Shown here piece after piece: positions 38,806-48,118 of a stretch of DNA of 64,000 nucleotides; positions within the stretch are counted from its first letter, which is position 1; each line of letters begins with the position of its first letter. The stretch is taken from NCBI GenBank assembly GCA_046331705.1, contig JAXLQJ010000005.1, forward strand, positions 1-64,000, written 5' to 3'. This stretch comes from a bacterium (GTDB lineage: Bacteria > JADJOY01). Made by a program: the position numbers and the translations under genes. Under the pieces are notes generated by a model. It was not told the origin of the DNA, searched no databases, and was given only the letters and a program-made list of their open reading frames with translations.

Positions 38806-39387
38806 ATGAAGCTCGATCTCTTCGCCGAACGACGCCGCAAGCATCCCGAATCCCAGCCGGACCCCGAGCCCACCGTGTCCGCTCCCAAGCCGCGCGGTGA
38901 ACCGCGTCCCGCCGCACGCGACGAGGAGCCGAAATCGCTCACCGATCGGTTCAAGCGCTTCGTGGAGGTGCTGAATCAGCCGATCGGCGCGACGCCGGGC
39001 GACGACAAGGGCGAGAAGGGCAAGACGAAGGGCAAGGAAGGCGCGGCGAGCAAGCGCGGCGCGCCGGAGAAGCCCAAGTCGTGGGCCGAGGAAATGGGCA
39101 TGCAGGTGCCCGCCAAGCCGGCGGACGCGAAGGCCCGCCAAGAGGCCGACGACGCCATCGCGCAGGGCACCTATCACTTGAAGCGCGGCAATCGCGAGCC
39201 CGACGTGCAGAAGAAGATCCAGTGCTTCGAGGAAGCGCTCGTGCACTTCCGCAAGCTCAAGGAGCTGGTTCCGAACGACGTGAGCGTGGCGAAGCAGGTG
39301 GAGATGGTCGAGCGCGGCCTGAGCGAGCTACGCACGGCGTTCGAGCGTTACCGCGCCGATCATCCGGAAGGGCCCACGAGGCTGTAG
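38806..39387 (+). CDS. Hypothetical protein (disordered Lys/Pro-rich N-terminus, TPR-like helical C-terminus)
   Basis: Strongly coding-like codons; ADDAIAQGTYHLKRG...FEEALVHFRKLKELVPND. Confidence 0.7.
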   Translation: MKLDLFAERRRKHPESQPDPEPTVSAPKPRGEPRPAARDEEPKSLTDRFKRFVEVLNQPIGATPGDDKGEKGKTKGKEGAASKRGAPEKPKSWAEEMGMQVPAKPADAKARQEADDAIAQGTYHLKRGNREPDVQKKIQCFEEALVHFRKLKELVPNDVSVAKQVEMVERGLSELRTAFERYRADHPEGPTRL

Positions 39388-39596
39388 TCGCCTGCACCGG
39401 GGCGCGGCGGCGCCGCTGTGCGCACCGAGGAAGTCGCCGTGCCCGCGACCGGGCGCGAAACGGCGCGCGCACCGGCCACCGATCGGGATTGCCGATTCCA
39501 AATCCACGCTGAGAATCGAGAGCGGCGCGCCGCTCGACCAGCCGACGTCGCACGAACGGATGGTGCGCGGCGGCGCTTCATCCACGGGAGAGGCCC

Positions 39597-41276
39597 ATGA
39601 CCACCGCCACGATCCCGACGCTCGCGTCGCTACCCGACTACGAGCGCCACGCCGGCATCCACGTGGTGCGCCTCGCGGGATCGGATCGCGAGATGGGCTA
39701 TCGACACGGGCTGCTGCTCGGCCATGCGATCCGACGCGGGCCGGTGCCCTACTTCGCGCGCTACGTCGATCGACTGCTGCGCGAGAACCTCGGCGGCGTC
39801 GGCGGCCCCTTGGCCAAGCTCCTCGCCTCGACCGTGAGCACGCGTGTCGCGCGCCGCTTTCCGCCCCACGTACGCGAGGCGCTCGACGGCTTGGCGGAGG
39901 GCGCGGAGCTCGATCGCAAGCTCCTGGTCGGTGCGATCACGATGCCCGAGACGTTCCTGTGGGCCATCTCCCGCTACACCCGCGTGCGCGGCTTCGAGGC
40001 CGCGCCGCGCTTCGGAGTCCCGCACTTCGGTTGCACCAGCGCGTTCGCGTGGGGCGCGGCGAGCCGCGATGGCCGCTTCCGGCACGGCCGCAACTTCGAC
40101 TACCAGGGCGTGGGCGCGTGGGACCGCGAGTCCGCGGTCTTCTTCTACGCCCCCACGGGCGCGCAGCGCTACGTCTCGATCTCGGCGGCCGGGATCCACC
40201 TCGGCGGCATCACCGCGATGAACGAGGCGGGGCTCACCCTCGCGGTTCACCAGCACCTCTCCACCGTCGACGTGGCGCTGGGCGGGCTCCCCGTGGGCAT
40301 CGCGGGCGACAGCGTGATGCGCGAGGCGCGTAACCTCGACGACGCTCGCCGCATCCTCGACGAGCACCGCCCGAACGGCAGCTGGACGTATCTCGTCGGC
40401 TCCGCGCGCGAGCAGGCCGTGCTCTGTTACGAGGTGACCGCCGCGCGGCGCGCTTGGTTCCACGCCGACGGTGACACCTTCGGCTACTCGAACATGTACC
40501 TGGACCGCGACCTCGCCTCCACCGAGCGGTTCACGTATCCGTCGCAGTGGCGCTGGAACGCGGCCCGCTACCACCGCGTCAACGAGATCCTCGCGGACCA
40601 GCGCGGCGCGCTCGATGCCGATGCGATCTCCGCCATCCTCGGCGACGTCGGCGACGGCTCGTGCCGCATCTCTCGCGCCATCGCCGCGCTCATGACCGTC
40701 GGCTCCACGGTGATGAGCCCGGACGAGGGCCTCGTGTGGGTGGGGACGGGTCGCGCGCCCACGTCGAGCCGCCCGTTCGTGGCGTTCGACCTGACTCGCG
40801 CTCAGGCACGTCCCGACCTCGGCACGCTGACCGGCGGCGAAGCCGCGAGCGCCGAGGCGGCGCCCGCCTTCGACTGCTATCGCGATGCGTACGAAGCGTA
40901 TTTCAACCACGAGGACCTGAGCGCCGCACGCAGGCACATGCAACGCGCCTGCGCGGCGCGGCCACGCGAAGCGCTGTTCCACTTCATCGCGGGTCTGCTG
41001 GCGTTGCTCGGCGACGATGGGGGCGCGGCGCTGGCCGAGCTCACCGAGGCCGTCACGCTCGGGCATCCCGACGCCGAGCGCGCGGCGACGTTCGCGTTGT
41101 GGCGAGCGCGCGCCCTCGACCGCACGGGTGCCCGGGAGCAGGCGGTGGCGCAGTACGCGGCGATCGCAGACGCCGATCCGCTGGTGCGAGCCGCGGCTCG
41201 ACGCGGCGTGCAAGCGCCGTGGGACGGTCGTCGCGTGGCCATCGACTTCGCCTTCGCCGACGCGCCCACGCCCTGA
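39597..41276 (+). CDS. C45-family Ntn hydrolase/acyltransferase with C-terminal TPR-like region
   Basis: LAGSDREMGYRHG, autocleavage site HFG-CTS, HGRNFDY, AMNEAGLTL; TPR-like helices at the end; GGAGAGG RBS. Confidence 0.85.
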   Translation: MTTATIPTLASLPDYERHAGIHVVRLAGSDREMGYRHGLLLGHAIRRGPVPYFARYVDRLLRENLGGVGGPLAKLLASTVSTRVARRFPPHVREALDGLAEGAELDRKLLVGAITMPETFLWAISRYTRVRGFEAAPRFGVPHFGCTSAFAWGAASRDGRFRHGRNFDYQGVGAWDRESAVFFYAPTGAQRYVSISAAGIHLGGITAMNEAGLTLAVHQHLSTVDVALGGLPVGIAGDSVMREARNLDDARRILDEHRPNGSWTYLVGSAREQAVLCYEVTAARRAWFHADGDTFGYSNMYLDRDLASTERFTYPSQWRWNAARYHRVNEILADQRGALDADAISAILGDVGDGSCRISRAIAALMTVGSTVMSPDEGLVWVGTGRAPTSSRPFVAFDLTRAQARPDLGTLTGGEAASAEAAPAFDCYRDAYEAYFNHEDLSAARRHMQRACAARPREALFHFIAGLLALLGDDGGAALAELTEAVTLGHPDAERAATFALWRARALDRTGAREQAVAQYAAIADADPLVRAAARRGVQAPWDGRRVAIDFAFADAPTP

Positions 41277-41414
41277 CTCGGTCGCCACGATCGCGTCCCG
41301 AGCTGGCCCGAGCGCGGCGTCCGGGCCGCGATCCCCCGGCGCGGCGTCGGCGCCCGCAAGTTGACTTCGCGGCCATCGTGCGCACCTTCCGAGTCAACCA
41401 AGAAGGAGTCGACG

Positions 41415-41684
41415 ATGACACGTTGGACATTCGAGGAGCGACGAGCTCGCGGGCTGGTTTCGTGGCGCGCTTATCTCCCCGGTGCGATCCTGATCGGCTT
41501 GGCGACGATGGTCCTGATCGCCCCCGAGATCCTGGCGGCCCTGGTGGCGGCGCTGCTCTTCACCGCAGGGCTCGCGGCACTCAGCTTCGCGTGGAAGCTC
41601 CGCCACGCCGAGACGTACACGATCGAGGCGAAGCCGATCGAGCCGATGGTGGACCCGGTCTTCGAGCTGTTCCGCCGGATGTGA
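41415..41684 (+). CDS. Small 2-TM membrane protein
   Basis: AAGGAG RBS; YLPGAILIGLATMVLIAPEILAALVAALLFTAG. Confidence 0.7.
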   Translation: MTRWTFEERRARGLVSWRAYLPGAILIGLATMVLIAPEILAALVAALLFTAGLAALSFAWKLRHAETYTIEAKPIEPMVDPVFELFRRM

Positions 41685-41705
41685 TCGGCGGCGAGGCGCG
41701 GTCGG

Positions 41706-42302
41706 TCAGAGCTCGCGGCGGCCGCTGAGCGCTCGCTCGAGCGTCGCGCCGTCGAGGTACTCGAGGTCGCTGCCGATCGGCACCCCGTGCGCGAGGCGCG
41801 TCACACGCACGTCCTTGTCGCGCAAGAGCCGGGCGATGTACACGGCGGTCGCCTCACCGGCGACGGCCGTGCCGGTGGCCAGGATCGCTTCGGTCACGCC
41901 CTCCGCCGCGACCCGATCGACGAGCTCGCGGATGCGCAGGTCGTCGGGACCGATGCCGTCGAGGGGCGAGAGCGCGCCGCCGAGGACGTGGTAGCGACCG
42001 CGATAGCCGCCCGAGCGCTCGATCGCGATCAGGTCGCTCGGCTGCTCCACCACGCACAGCACGCGCGTGTCGCGGTTGGGATCGCGGCAGATCGAGCACT
42101 CGGGCTGGTCGGTGTAGAAGCCGCAGATCGGGCACGGGTGGACGCGTTCACGCAGCTCGCCGATCGCGCTCGCCAGCGCCACGGGGTCCACCCGCTTCGA
42201 GGTGAGGATGTGGAGCGCGAGACGTCCGGCGCTCTTCTCGCCGATGCCAGGGAGCTTCTTGAGCTCGCGCACGAGGCGCTCGAGCGCCGCCGGTAGCAGC
42301 AT
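41706..42302 (-). CDS. recR: Recombination mediator RecR
   Basis: LKKLPGIGEKSA (HhH), C4 zinc finger CPICG...CSICRD, Toprim LCVVEQ...YHVLGGALSPLDG, GEATA, VTRLAHGVPIGSDLEYLD. Confidence 0.97.
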   Translation of the reverse strand: MLLPAALERLVRELKKLPGIGEKSAGRLALHILTSKRVDPVALASAIGELRERVHPCPICGFYTDQPECSICRDPNRDTRVLCVVEQPSDLIAIERSGGYRGRYHVLGGALSPLDGIGPDDLRIRELVDRVAAEGVTEAILATGTAVAGEATAVYIARLLRDKDVRVTRLAHGVPIGSDLEYLDGATLERALSGRREL

Positions 42303-42305
42303 CCG

Positions 42306-44459
42306 TCAACCCGGGCGCGGCGCACGGCGGCGACGCAGTCGCGCGGTCAAGGTGAGCACGGCGGCCAGCGGCAACGCCAGCGACCACCACGAGGGTCGTC
42401 CCCTCGGACCGACCAAGGCGGCACACGAGTTGGGATCGCAGTGGTTGCCGATGCCATCGCCGTCGGTGTCTTCCTGGCCCGGATTGGCGATGTCCGGGCA
42501 ATTGTCGCAGACGTCTCCGACCGCATCGACGTCGCCGTCCAGCTGATCGGCGTTGGCGATCGTCGGGCAGTTGTCGCAAGCGTCGCCGTCCTTGTCGCCA
42601 TCGCCGTCGGCCTGATTCGCGTTCGAGACCGTCGGGCAGTTGTCGCAGACGTCGCCGTCGCCATCACCGTCGCCGTCGGCCTGGTTGCCGTTGGAGACGG
42701 ACGGGCAGTTGTCGCACGCGTCACCGTCGCCGTCGTGATCGCCATCGGCCTGATTGGAGTTCGCGGCGTTCTTGCAGTTGTCGCATTTGTCGCCGACGTG
42801 ATCGCCGTCGGCATCCGCCTGGTTCGAGTTCGAGACCGTCGGGCAGTTGTCACTGGCATCGGGGACGCCGTCGCCGTCGCCGTCGAGCTCGAGCAGCCGG
42901 GACGAGACCCAACGCTCGTAGACCGTGTCGGCGATGACGTCGTAGCCCGCGCAGTTCGGGTGGTTGTACTTGCCGTCGTTGTAGGCCAAGAGCGCCGTGG
43001 CCCAGCCGGGCTGGCTCGTGAAATCGCCCCACACGTTCGCGTACGGGATGCCGTACGCGGTGGCGATGCTCGGGTAATAGCCGTTGGGAGGGTTGAAGCC
43101 CTTCATCCAGTTGTACTGATCCGCCCGCGCGGTGTTCGAGACCGGCGCGTTGGCGTTGAGCAGCACCTTGGCGCCGCGCGCGACCGAGAAAGCCACCATC
43201 GAGGACAGGTCGTTCGACCAGGACGAGTACGACTTGTCGCTGAAGTAGTTGTTCTGCCCTTCCATGATCATCACGTAGGAGGGCAGCACCGAGTTGAACG
43301 CGGACGCGAAGCGGCTCGCACCCTCGGCCGAGTCCTCGCCCGGCACGGCGAGGTTGCGCATGTCGAACGCGCGCTGGTACGTGAGCTCGATCCAGGGCTC
43401 GATGCGCTTCGGATAGCCGGCGGGATGGGCCGGGTAATCCCAGGAATTGCACTCGTCGAAGTAGCCCCAGGTCACGCTGTCGCCGTACGCCATCATGCGG
43501 TTGGCCACGAGCGCCACGCTGGGTCCCTCGGCAAGCGGCACCAGGTCGGCCCCCGCGAGGGAGCGCGCCCAGACCGCGCCGCCGACCCCACCCGAGGCCC
43601 ACGCCAGCCGGCCGTCGAGCGTCTCCGCCGCGGCCGCCAGATCGTCCGCAGCGGGCACGGGCCGGGTCAGCCCGCGACCCGCGAGATCGAGCGCCGCGAG
43701 CGCGCCACCGTTGCGGATCAGCAGCGTCGCGCCGCTCGACGAGGTGGTTCCGCCGCCCAGCTCCGGATAGATGCCGTCGGCGAGATCCTGCGGCTCCGAC
43801 GCGTGCGCGCACTCACGATCCTCGCAGCGCACCAGCTCGATTCGGTAGCCGAGCTTCTCGGCGCGCATCCAGGCGAGCACGGGCAATCCGCGATCGAAGC
43901 CGAGCGATGGATACGTGCGCAGCTTGCCGTCCGCGTAGGCGAGCGCGCGCGGCACGACCGCGCCATCGCGCGCCAGCGGATCCAGTGTCGCCACCACCAC
44001 CTGCTCGACCGGTGCGCCGCCGCTCGACCAGGCCGCCAGCACCGCGCCATCGGCCGCCACCGCCACGTCCGCCGCGTAGCCCACCTCGCCCCCAGCGATG
44101 GCGGACGCGCGCAGCACGCGCCCGTCGGCGGTGACGACGGCGTGCCAGATCGCCGACACGCCGTGCGCCCGGCGGGTGAACACGACGTGCGCCGCGCCGC
44201 TCGGCGCCACCGCCACGCTCGGGTGCAGGTCGTCGGCGTTCGCAGGAGCGTCGAGACGCAGCTCCGTGCCCGCGGGGTTGCGCAGGGCGATCCGGGAGTG
44301 GCCAGCGACCTCGACCATGCGCGCGGTCCACCGCGCGTTGGCGGCCCATCCCGGCGTCGCGAGGATCGCGAGGGCACTCAGCGCCAGCCACGCAGCGCGT
44401 CGCCAACCCGGTGGAGGAACGCTCGGCGCGCCGCGCCGAGACGCGTGATCGATGGTCAT
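42306..44459 (-). CDS. Exported SGNH/GDSL hydrolase with thrombospondin type-3 repeats and a MYXO-CTERM-like C-terminal anchor
   Basis: Signal peptide; AYGDSVTWG, NLAVPGE, IMEGQNN, HPNCAGY; DxDxDGxGDxCDNCP repeats; tail SCAALVG...WWSLALPLAAVLTLTARLRRRR. Confidence 0.85.
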   Translation of the reverse strand: MTIDHASRRGAPSVPPPGWRRAAWLALSALAILATPGWAANARWTARMVEVAGHSRIALRNPAGTELRLDAPANADDLHPSVAVAPSGAAHVVFTRRAHGVSAIWHAVVTADGRVLRASAIAGGEVGYAADVAVAADGAVLAAWSSGGAPVEQVVVATLDPLARDGAVVPRALAYADGKLRTYPSLGFDRGLPVLAWMRAEKLGYRIELVRCEDRECAHASEPQDLADGIYPELGGGTTSSSGATLLIRNGGALAALDLAGRGLTRPVPAADDLAAAAETLDGRLAWASGGVGGAVWARSLAGADLVPLAEGPSVALVANRMMAYGDSVTWGYFDECNSWDYPAHPAGYPKRIEPWIELTYQRAFDMRNLAVPGEDSAEGASRFASAFNSVLPSYVMIMEGQNNYFSDKSYSSWSNDLSSMVAFSVARGAKVLLNANAPVSNTARADQYNWMKGFNPPNGYYPSIATAYGIPYANVWGDFTSQPGWATALLAYNDGKYNHPNCAGYDVIADTVYERWVSSRLLELDGDGDGVPDASDNCPTVSNSNQADADGDHVGDKCDNCKNAANSNQADGDHDGDGDACDNCPSVSNGNQADGDGDGDGDVCDNCPTVSNANQADGDGDKDGDACDNCPTIANADQLDGDVDAVGDVCDNCPDIANPGQEDTDGDGIGNHCDPNSCAALVGPRGRPSWWSLALPLAAVLTLTARLRRRRAPRPG
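42435..42884 (-). repeat. Intragenic 69-nt (23-aa) TSP type-3 Ca-binding tandem repeats, about 6.5 copies
   Basis: DGDGDGVPDASDNCPTVSNSNQA / DADGDHVGDKCDNCKNAANSNQA / DGDHDGDGDACDNCPSVSNGNQA etc. Confidence 0.9.
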
Positions 44460-44533
44460 GGTGCGACCCGACTCCCTTTCGAGCTGTGGATGGCGTGGGG
44501 GGACGACCGGAAGGGGAGCGAAGCTAATCGGGG

Positions 44534-45439
44534 CTAGGCGCCGACGTCGAGGTCGAGATCGGGGACGACCCCCAGGAAGCGCCGGCGCGCCGCGCGGTCC
44601 AGGCTCTCGACGGCGAGCGCCTCGTCGGCAGCGCGCAGGTAGTCGAGGGTGAGCTCGGTCGCCTGGTCCACGAGCGACGCGATGCCGGTGTCCGTGTAGT
44701 AGCGCCGCCGAAGCGCATCGGCGTCGCGGAGCGCCGCGATCCCCTCACGCCAGCCTTGCCCGCTCGAGAGCAGCCGTCCGTACCAGGTCGTCCAGCGCAG
44801 CCACGCGTTCAAGCGAGACCGCCCAGGGGTGCGCGCGTGCACCTCGACGATCGCGTTCTCGATCACGCTCGCGAGCTCGTCGGGCAGGCGCGCCGCCCAC
44901 GGCGAGGCGCCGGGGAACGTCGCCGTGATCTCCCGCGGGTACGCGCTGCCCATGATGTCGCGGCCGAGGGTCTCCTCGTGGAAGAAGAGACTCTGGTACT
45001 TCTCGGCCTCGGTGTGGTGCGATTCGAACCAGCCCCCGCCGACGGCGAGCGCCTCGCGGACGTGTCGCTGCACCACCGGATGGATGAGACGGTCCATCGC
45101 GTGGTGCGAGAGGTAGCCGCCGAGGAACGCGATCGCCGGCGCGCCGTCCTCGCGAGAATCGAGGTGACGACGACGGATGGCCGCGATCGACGCGAGCGCC
45201 AGCCGCCCCACCCCGCGGGTGTGGAACACGTGGCCCCAGGGATCGCCGAGCGACACCCTGCCCACGAGATGCCGCGCCACCTGCAGCGGAAAGCTCGTGA
45301 AATACGGCAAGTCCACGAAAACGGCGCCCAACCGCCGCGCACCGGCCGCGCTCGCGAACGCCCGCGCGAAGCGCTCCGGCAGCTCGCGCCGCCGCGCGAG
45401 CAAGTCGGACGCGGTGGCGTGCAGCAGGAACGCAGGCAT
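44534..45439 (-). CDS. Zinc-dependent phospholipase C / S1-P1-like fold protein
   Basis: N-terminal MPAFLLH, LGAVFVDLPYF, FHTR, GYLSHHAMDRLIHPVV, HHTEAE. Confidence 0.8.
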   Translation of the reverse strand: MPAFLLHATASDLLARRRELPERFARAFASAAGARRLGAVFVDLPYFTSFPLQVARHLVGRVSLGDPWGHVFHTRGVGRLALASIAAIRRRHLDSREDGAPAIAFLGGYLSHHAMDRLIHPVVQRHVREALAVGGGWFESHHTEAEKYQSLFFHEETLGRDIMGSAYPREITATFPGASPWAARLPDELASVIENAIVEVHARTPGRSRLNAWLRWTTWYGRLLSSGQGWREGIAALRDADALRRRYYTDTGIASLVDQATELTLDYLRAADEALAVESLDRAARRRFLGVVPDLDLDVGA

Positions 45440-45634
45440 GATCGCGCAGCGTAGCAGGCGGCCGAGGATCGGACGGGGCGCTCGATCAGACCCCGAGGGG
45501 CGCCGAGCCCGGAGCCCCTGACGGCGCGAGCCACGATGCGCGACGGGCTCCTAGACCGTCGCTCCCGCCCGCGCCACACTCGCGGCCGGTCCTTCGCGCC
45601 GTACCCTCACCGAGCTCGTTCCCGAGGTCGCACC

Positions 45635-47362
45635 GTGACTCCTCACCGGATTCTCGCGAGCGCGTGCTCGGCGCTTCTCGCCTGCGCGACCCTCGCGCTG
45701 GCGCAGTCCGCGCCGATCGACCCGCTGGTTCCACCAGGCCTGCTCGCAGGCACGAATCTGGCCGTCGACGAGATGGCGAGGGCGACCCTCACCGAGGTCG
45801 AGGGGAGCCCGCTGGTGCTGCGCGAGGCGATCGCCACGGCCCTCGCGCGAAGTCCCGAGATCCGCGAGCAGCTGCTCGGCCCCGTGGTGAGCGACGCCGA
45901 GCTGGCGGCGCGACGCGGCGTCTACGCGCTCACGTTCTTCGCCGACGCCTCGGCGGCGCAGAGCGTGACCCCGCAAGCATCGGCGCTCGCCGGCGCCGAC
46001 GACATCGATCTGCGCTCCCAGCGCTTCGGCGCCGGCCTCGAGCAGCCGATCCCGGTGAGCGGCGGCAGCGTGCGGCTCAGCCTCGAGAACGAGATCGACA
46101 AGACCAACTCGAGCTTCACCTCGCTCTCGCCGTCGTACGTGCCGACGCTGGCGCTGCGGCTCGATCAGCCATTGCTTCGCGACCTGCTCATCGACCGCAG
46201 CCGCGCCCAGATCCGCCTCGCCGAGATCGAGCGCAACCAGGCGTCGCTCGCGCTGGTTCAGACGGTGCGCGACGTGGCGCGCGCGGTGGAGCGCGACTAC
46301 TGGGAGCTCCACTTCGCGATGCAGCAGGTGCGCATCAACCGGCTGGCGCTCGATCTGGGCAAGACGTTGCTCGCGAACGATCGGCGGCGCTTCGAGGTCG
46401 GCGTGCTGCCGCGACCGGACCTCCTCGACGACGAGGCGTCGGTGGCGCGGCTCGAGGACGAGCTGGTGCGCACCCGCTCGGTGCTGCGCGCCGCCAGCGA
46501 TCGGCTGCGGCGCGATCTCGGGCTGCCCCTCGCCGGGCCGCAGCTGCTCGCGGCCGATCGCCCGGCTGCACGCGGCCTGGACGGAGGCGCCGTCGACGGG
46601 CTGGTGGCGCAGGCGCTCGCGAATCGCGAGGAGCTCGCGCGCGGCGCCAACGAGATCGAGCAGCGCGGCGTCGACGTCGACGCCGCCGAGAACGACCGGC
46701 TCCCCAACCTCGATCTCGTCGCCGGCGCCGGGCTCAACGGGCTGGCGGGCAGCGGCCGAGCGACCAGCTTCGGCGGCGAGGATCTGGTCTCGCCTTTCAC
46801 CGGCAGCTTTCTCGACAGTTACGACAAGCTCGGATCCGGCGACTACTACGACTGGACGGTGGGCCTCGAGCTGCGCGTGCCGCTCACCAGCGACAGCGCG
46901 GATCACGAGGCGCAGGTGGCGCGGCTCCGGCGCCGCACCGCGGAGCGCAGCCTGGAGCGGATCCGGCAGGACGTGGAGCTGGAGGTGCGGCGCGCCGTGG
47001 ACGACGTCACGACGATGGCCGCGCGCATCGAGACCAGCTCGATCGCCCTCGATCGCGCGCGCGACAACCTCGAATCCGAGGCCAAACGCTACTCGCTCGG
47101 CGCCAGCCGCACCGACGACGTGATCCGCAAGATCGACGCCTACGCGCGCGCCCTGGGCACGTTGAACCGCGCCCGCGCCGACCACCAGATCGCCATCGCG
47201 GCGCTCGACCGGGCCACCGCCACGAACCTCGAGAAGCTCGACGTCGAGATGCCCGCGGCGGACGACGCCAACCGCCCCACTCCCGAGCAAGTGACGTCGG
47301 GCGCGGCGGAGCCGCGGGGGCCGCGCATCTCGCCCGCGCTGCAAGGGGCGACGACGCCGTGA
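45635..47362 (+). CDS. TolC-family outer-membrane efflux protein
   Basis: Signal peptide; LREAIATALARSPEI, LDQPLLRD, VERDYWEL, RFEVG, DRLPNLDL, VGLELRVPL, RYSLG; GAGGT RBS before GTG. Confidence 0.88.
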   Translation: MTPHRILASACSALLACATLALAQSAPIDPLVPPGLLAGTNLAVDEMARATLTEVEGSPLVLREAIATALARSPEIREQLLGPVVSDAELAARRGVYALTFFADASAAQSVTPQASALAGADDIDLRSQRFGAGLEQPIPVSGGSVRLSLENEIDKTNSSFTSLSPSYVPTLALRLDQPLLRDLLIDRSRAQIRLAEIERNQASLALVQTVRDVARAVERDYWELHFAMQQVRINRLALDLGKTLLANDRRRFEVGVLPRPDLLDDEASVARLEDELVRTRSVLRAASDRLRRDLGLPLAGPQLLAADRPAARGLDGGAVDGLVAQALANREELARGANEIEQRGVDVDAAENDRLPNLDLVAGAGLNGLAGSGRATSFGGEDLVSPFTGSFLDSYDKLGSGDYYDWTVGLELRVPLTSDSADHEAQVARLRRRTAERSLERIRQDVELEVRRAVDDVTTMAARIETSSIALDRARDNLESEAKRYSLGASRTDDVIRKIDAYARALGTLNRARADHQIAIAALDRATATNLEKLDVEMPAADDANRPTPEQVTSGAAEPRGPRISPALQGATTP

Positions 47363-48084
47363 CGGACACGGCGAACGCCGCCGACGCGCTCGCCGATCGC
47401 GCCGAGCGCCGAGCACGGATCGCCGCCGCCAACATCCCGCGGCGGTACTCGGGCGCGCTGCACGTCGGGTACTTCAACGCGCTGGCGCTCGCGGTGATCG
47501 GGGCGGCGCTCGCCGGGCTCGATCGGCCCACGGCCTTCGAGATCGCGCTCGCGCCGCTCTTCCTGGTGTTCGCCAACGCCTTCGAGTGGTGGATCCACCG
47601 CGGTCCGATGCACCACCCGTGGCCTCATCTGCGCGAGCTCTACGACCGGCACACGCTCTCGCACCACGCGTACTTCACCGATCGCGACATGGAGATCGCG
47701 AGCGCGCGCGAGCTCAAGATGGTGCTCTTCCCGCCGTTCGCGCTGCCGTTCTTCATCGCGCTCACCTCGCCGCTGCCGCTCGCCGCCGGGATCCTGATCT
47801 CGGCCAACGCGGCGCGGATCTTCTTCGCGAGCGCGATCACGTACTACCTGATCTACGAATGGCTGCACCTGATCCACCATCTCCCGCGCTCGAGCTGGAT
47901 CGGCCGCCGGCGCTGGATCTCGGCGCTGCGCGCGCACCACACGCGCCATCACGACCCGCGCCGCATGACGCTCGGCAACTTCAACGTCTCGTTTCCGCTC
48001 TGGGACCGGGTGCGCGGCACGCTGCTCTCCGACGCGCTCGAGGCGGCGGGCGCGCCGGGCCCGAACGCGTCGGCCGCCGCATGA
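47359..48084 (+). CDS. Fatty acid hydroxylase / sterol desaturase family membrane di-iron enzyme
   Basis: His boxes EWWIHRGPMHH, HTLSHH, YEWLHLIHH, HHTRHH; NFNVSFPLWDRVRGT; GTGA overlap with the TolC stop. Confidence 0.9.
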   Translation: MTDTANAADALADRAERRARIAAANIPRRYSGALHVGYFNALALAVIGAALAGLDRPTAFEIALAPLFLVFANAFEWWIHRGPMHHPWPHLRELYDRHTLSHHAYFTDRDMEIASARELKMVLFPPFALPFFIALTSPLPLAAGILISANAARIFFASAITYYLIYEWLHLIHHLPRSSWIGRRRWISALRAHHTRHHDPRRMTLGNFNVSFPLWDRVRGTLLSDALEAAGAPGPNASAAA

Positions 48085-48118
48085 CGCCGCGCCCACGGCG
48101 CCGCGCGTGCTCGCGCCG

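Noticed and set aside
42435-42884. Regular 69-nt repeats that could be mistaken for a CRISPR array
   Set aside because: In-frame degenerate TSP3 protein repeats; no constant repeat with unique spacers and no cas genes.
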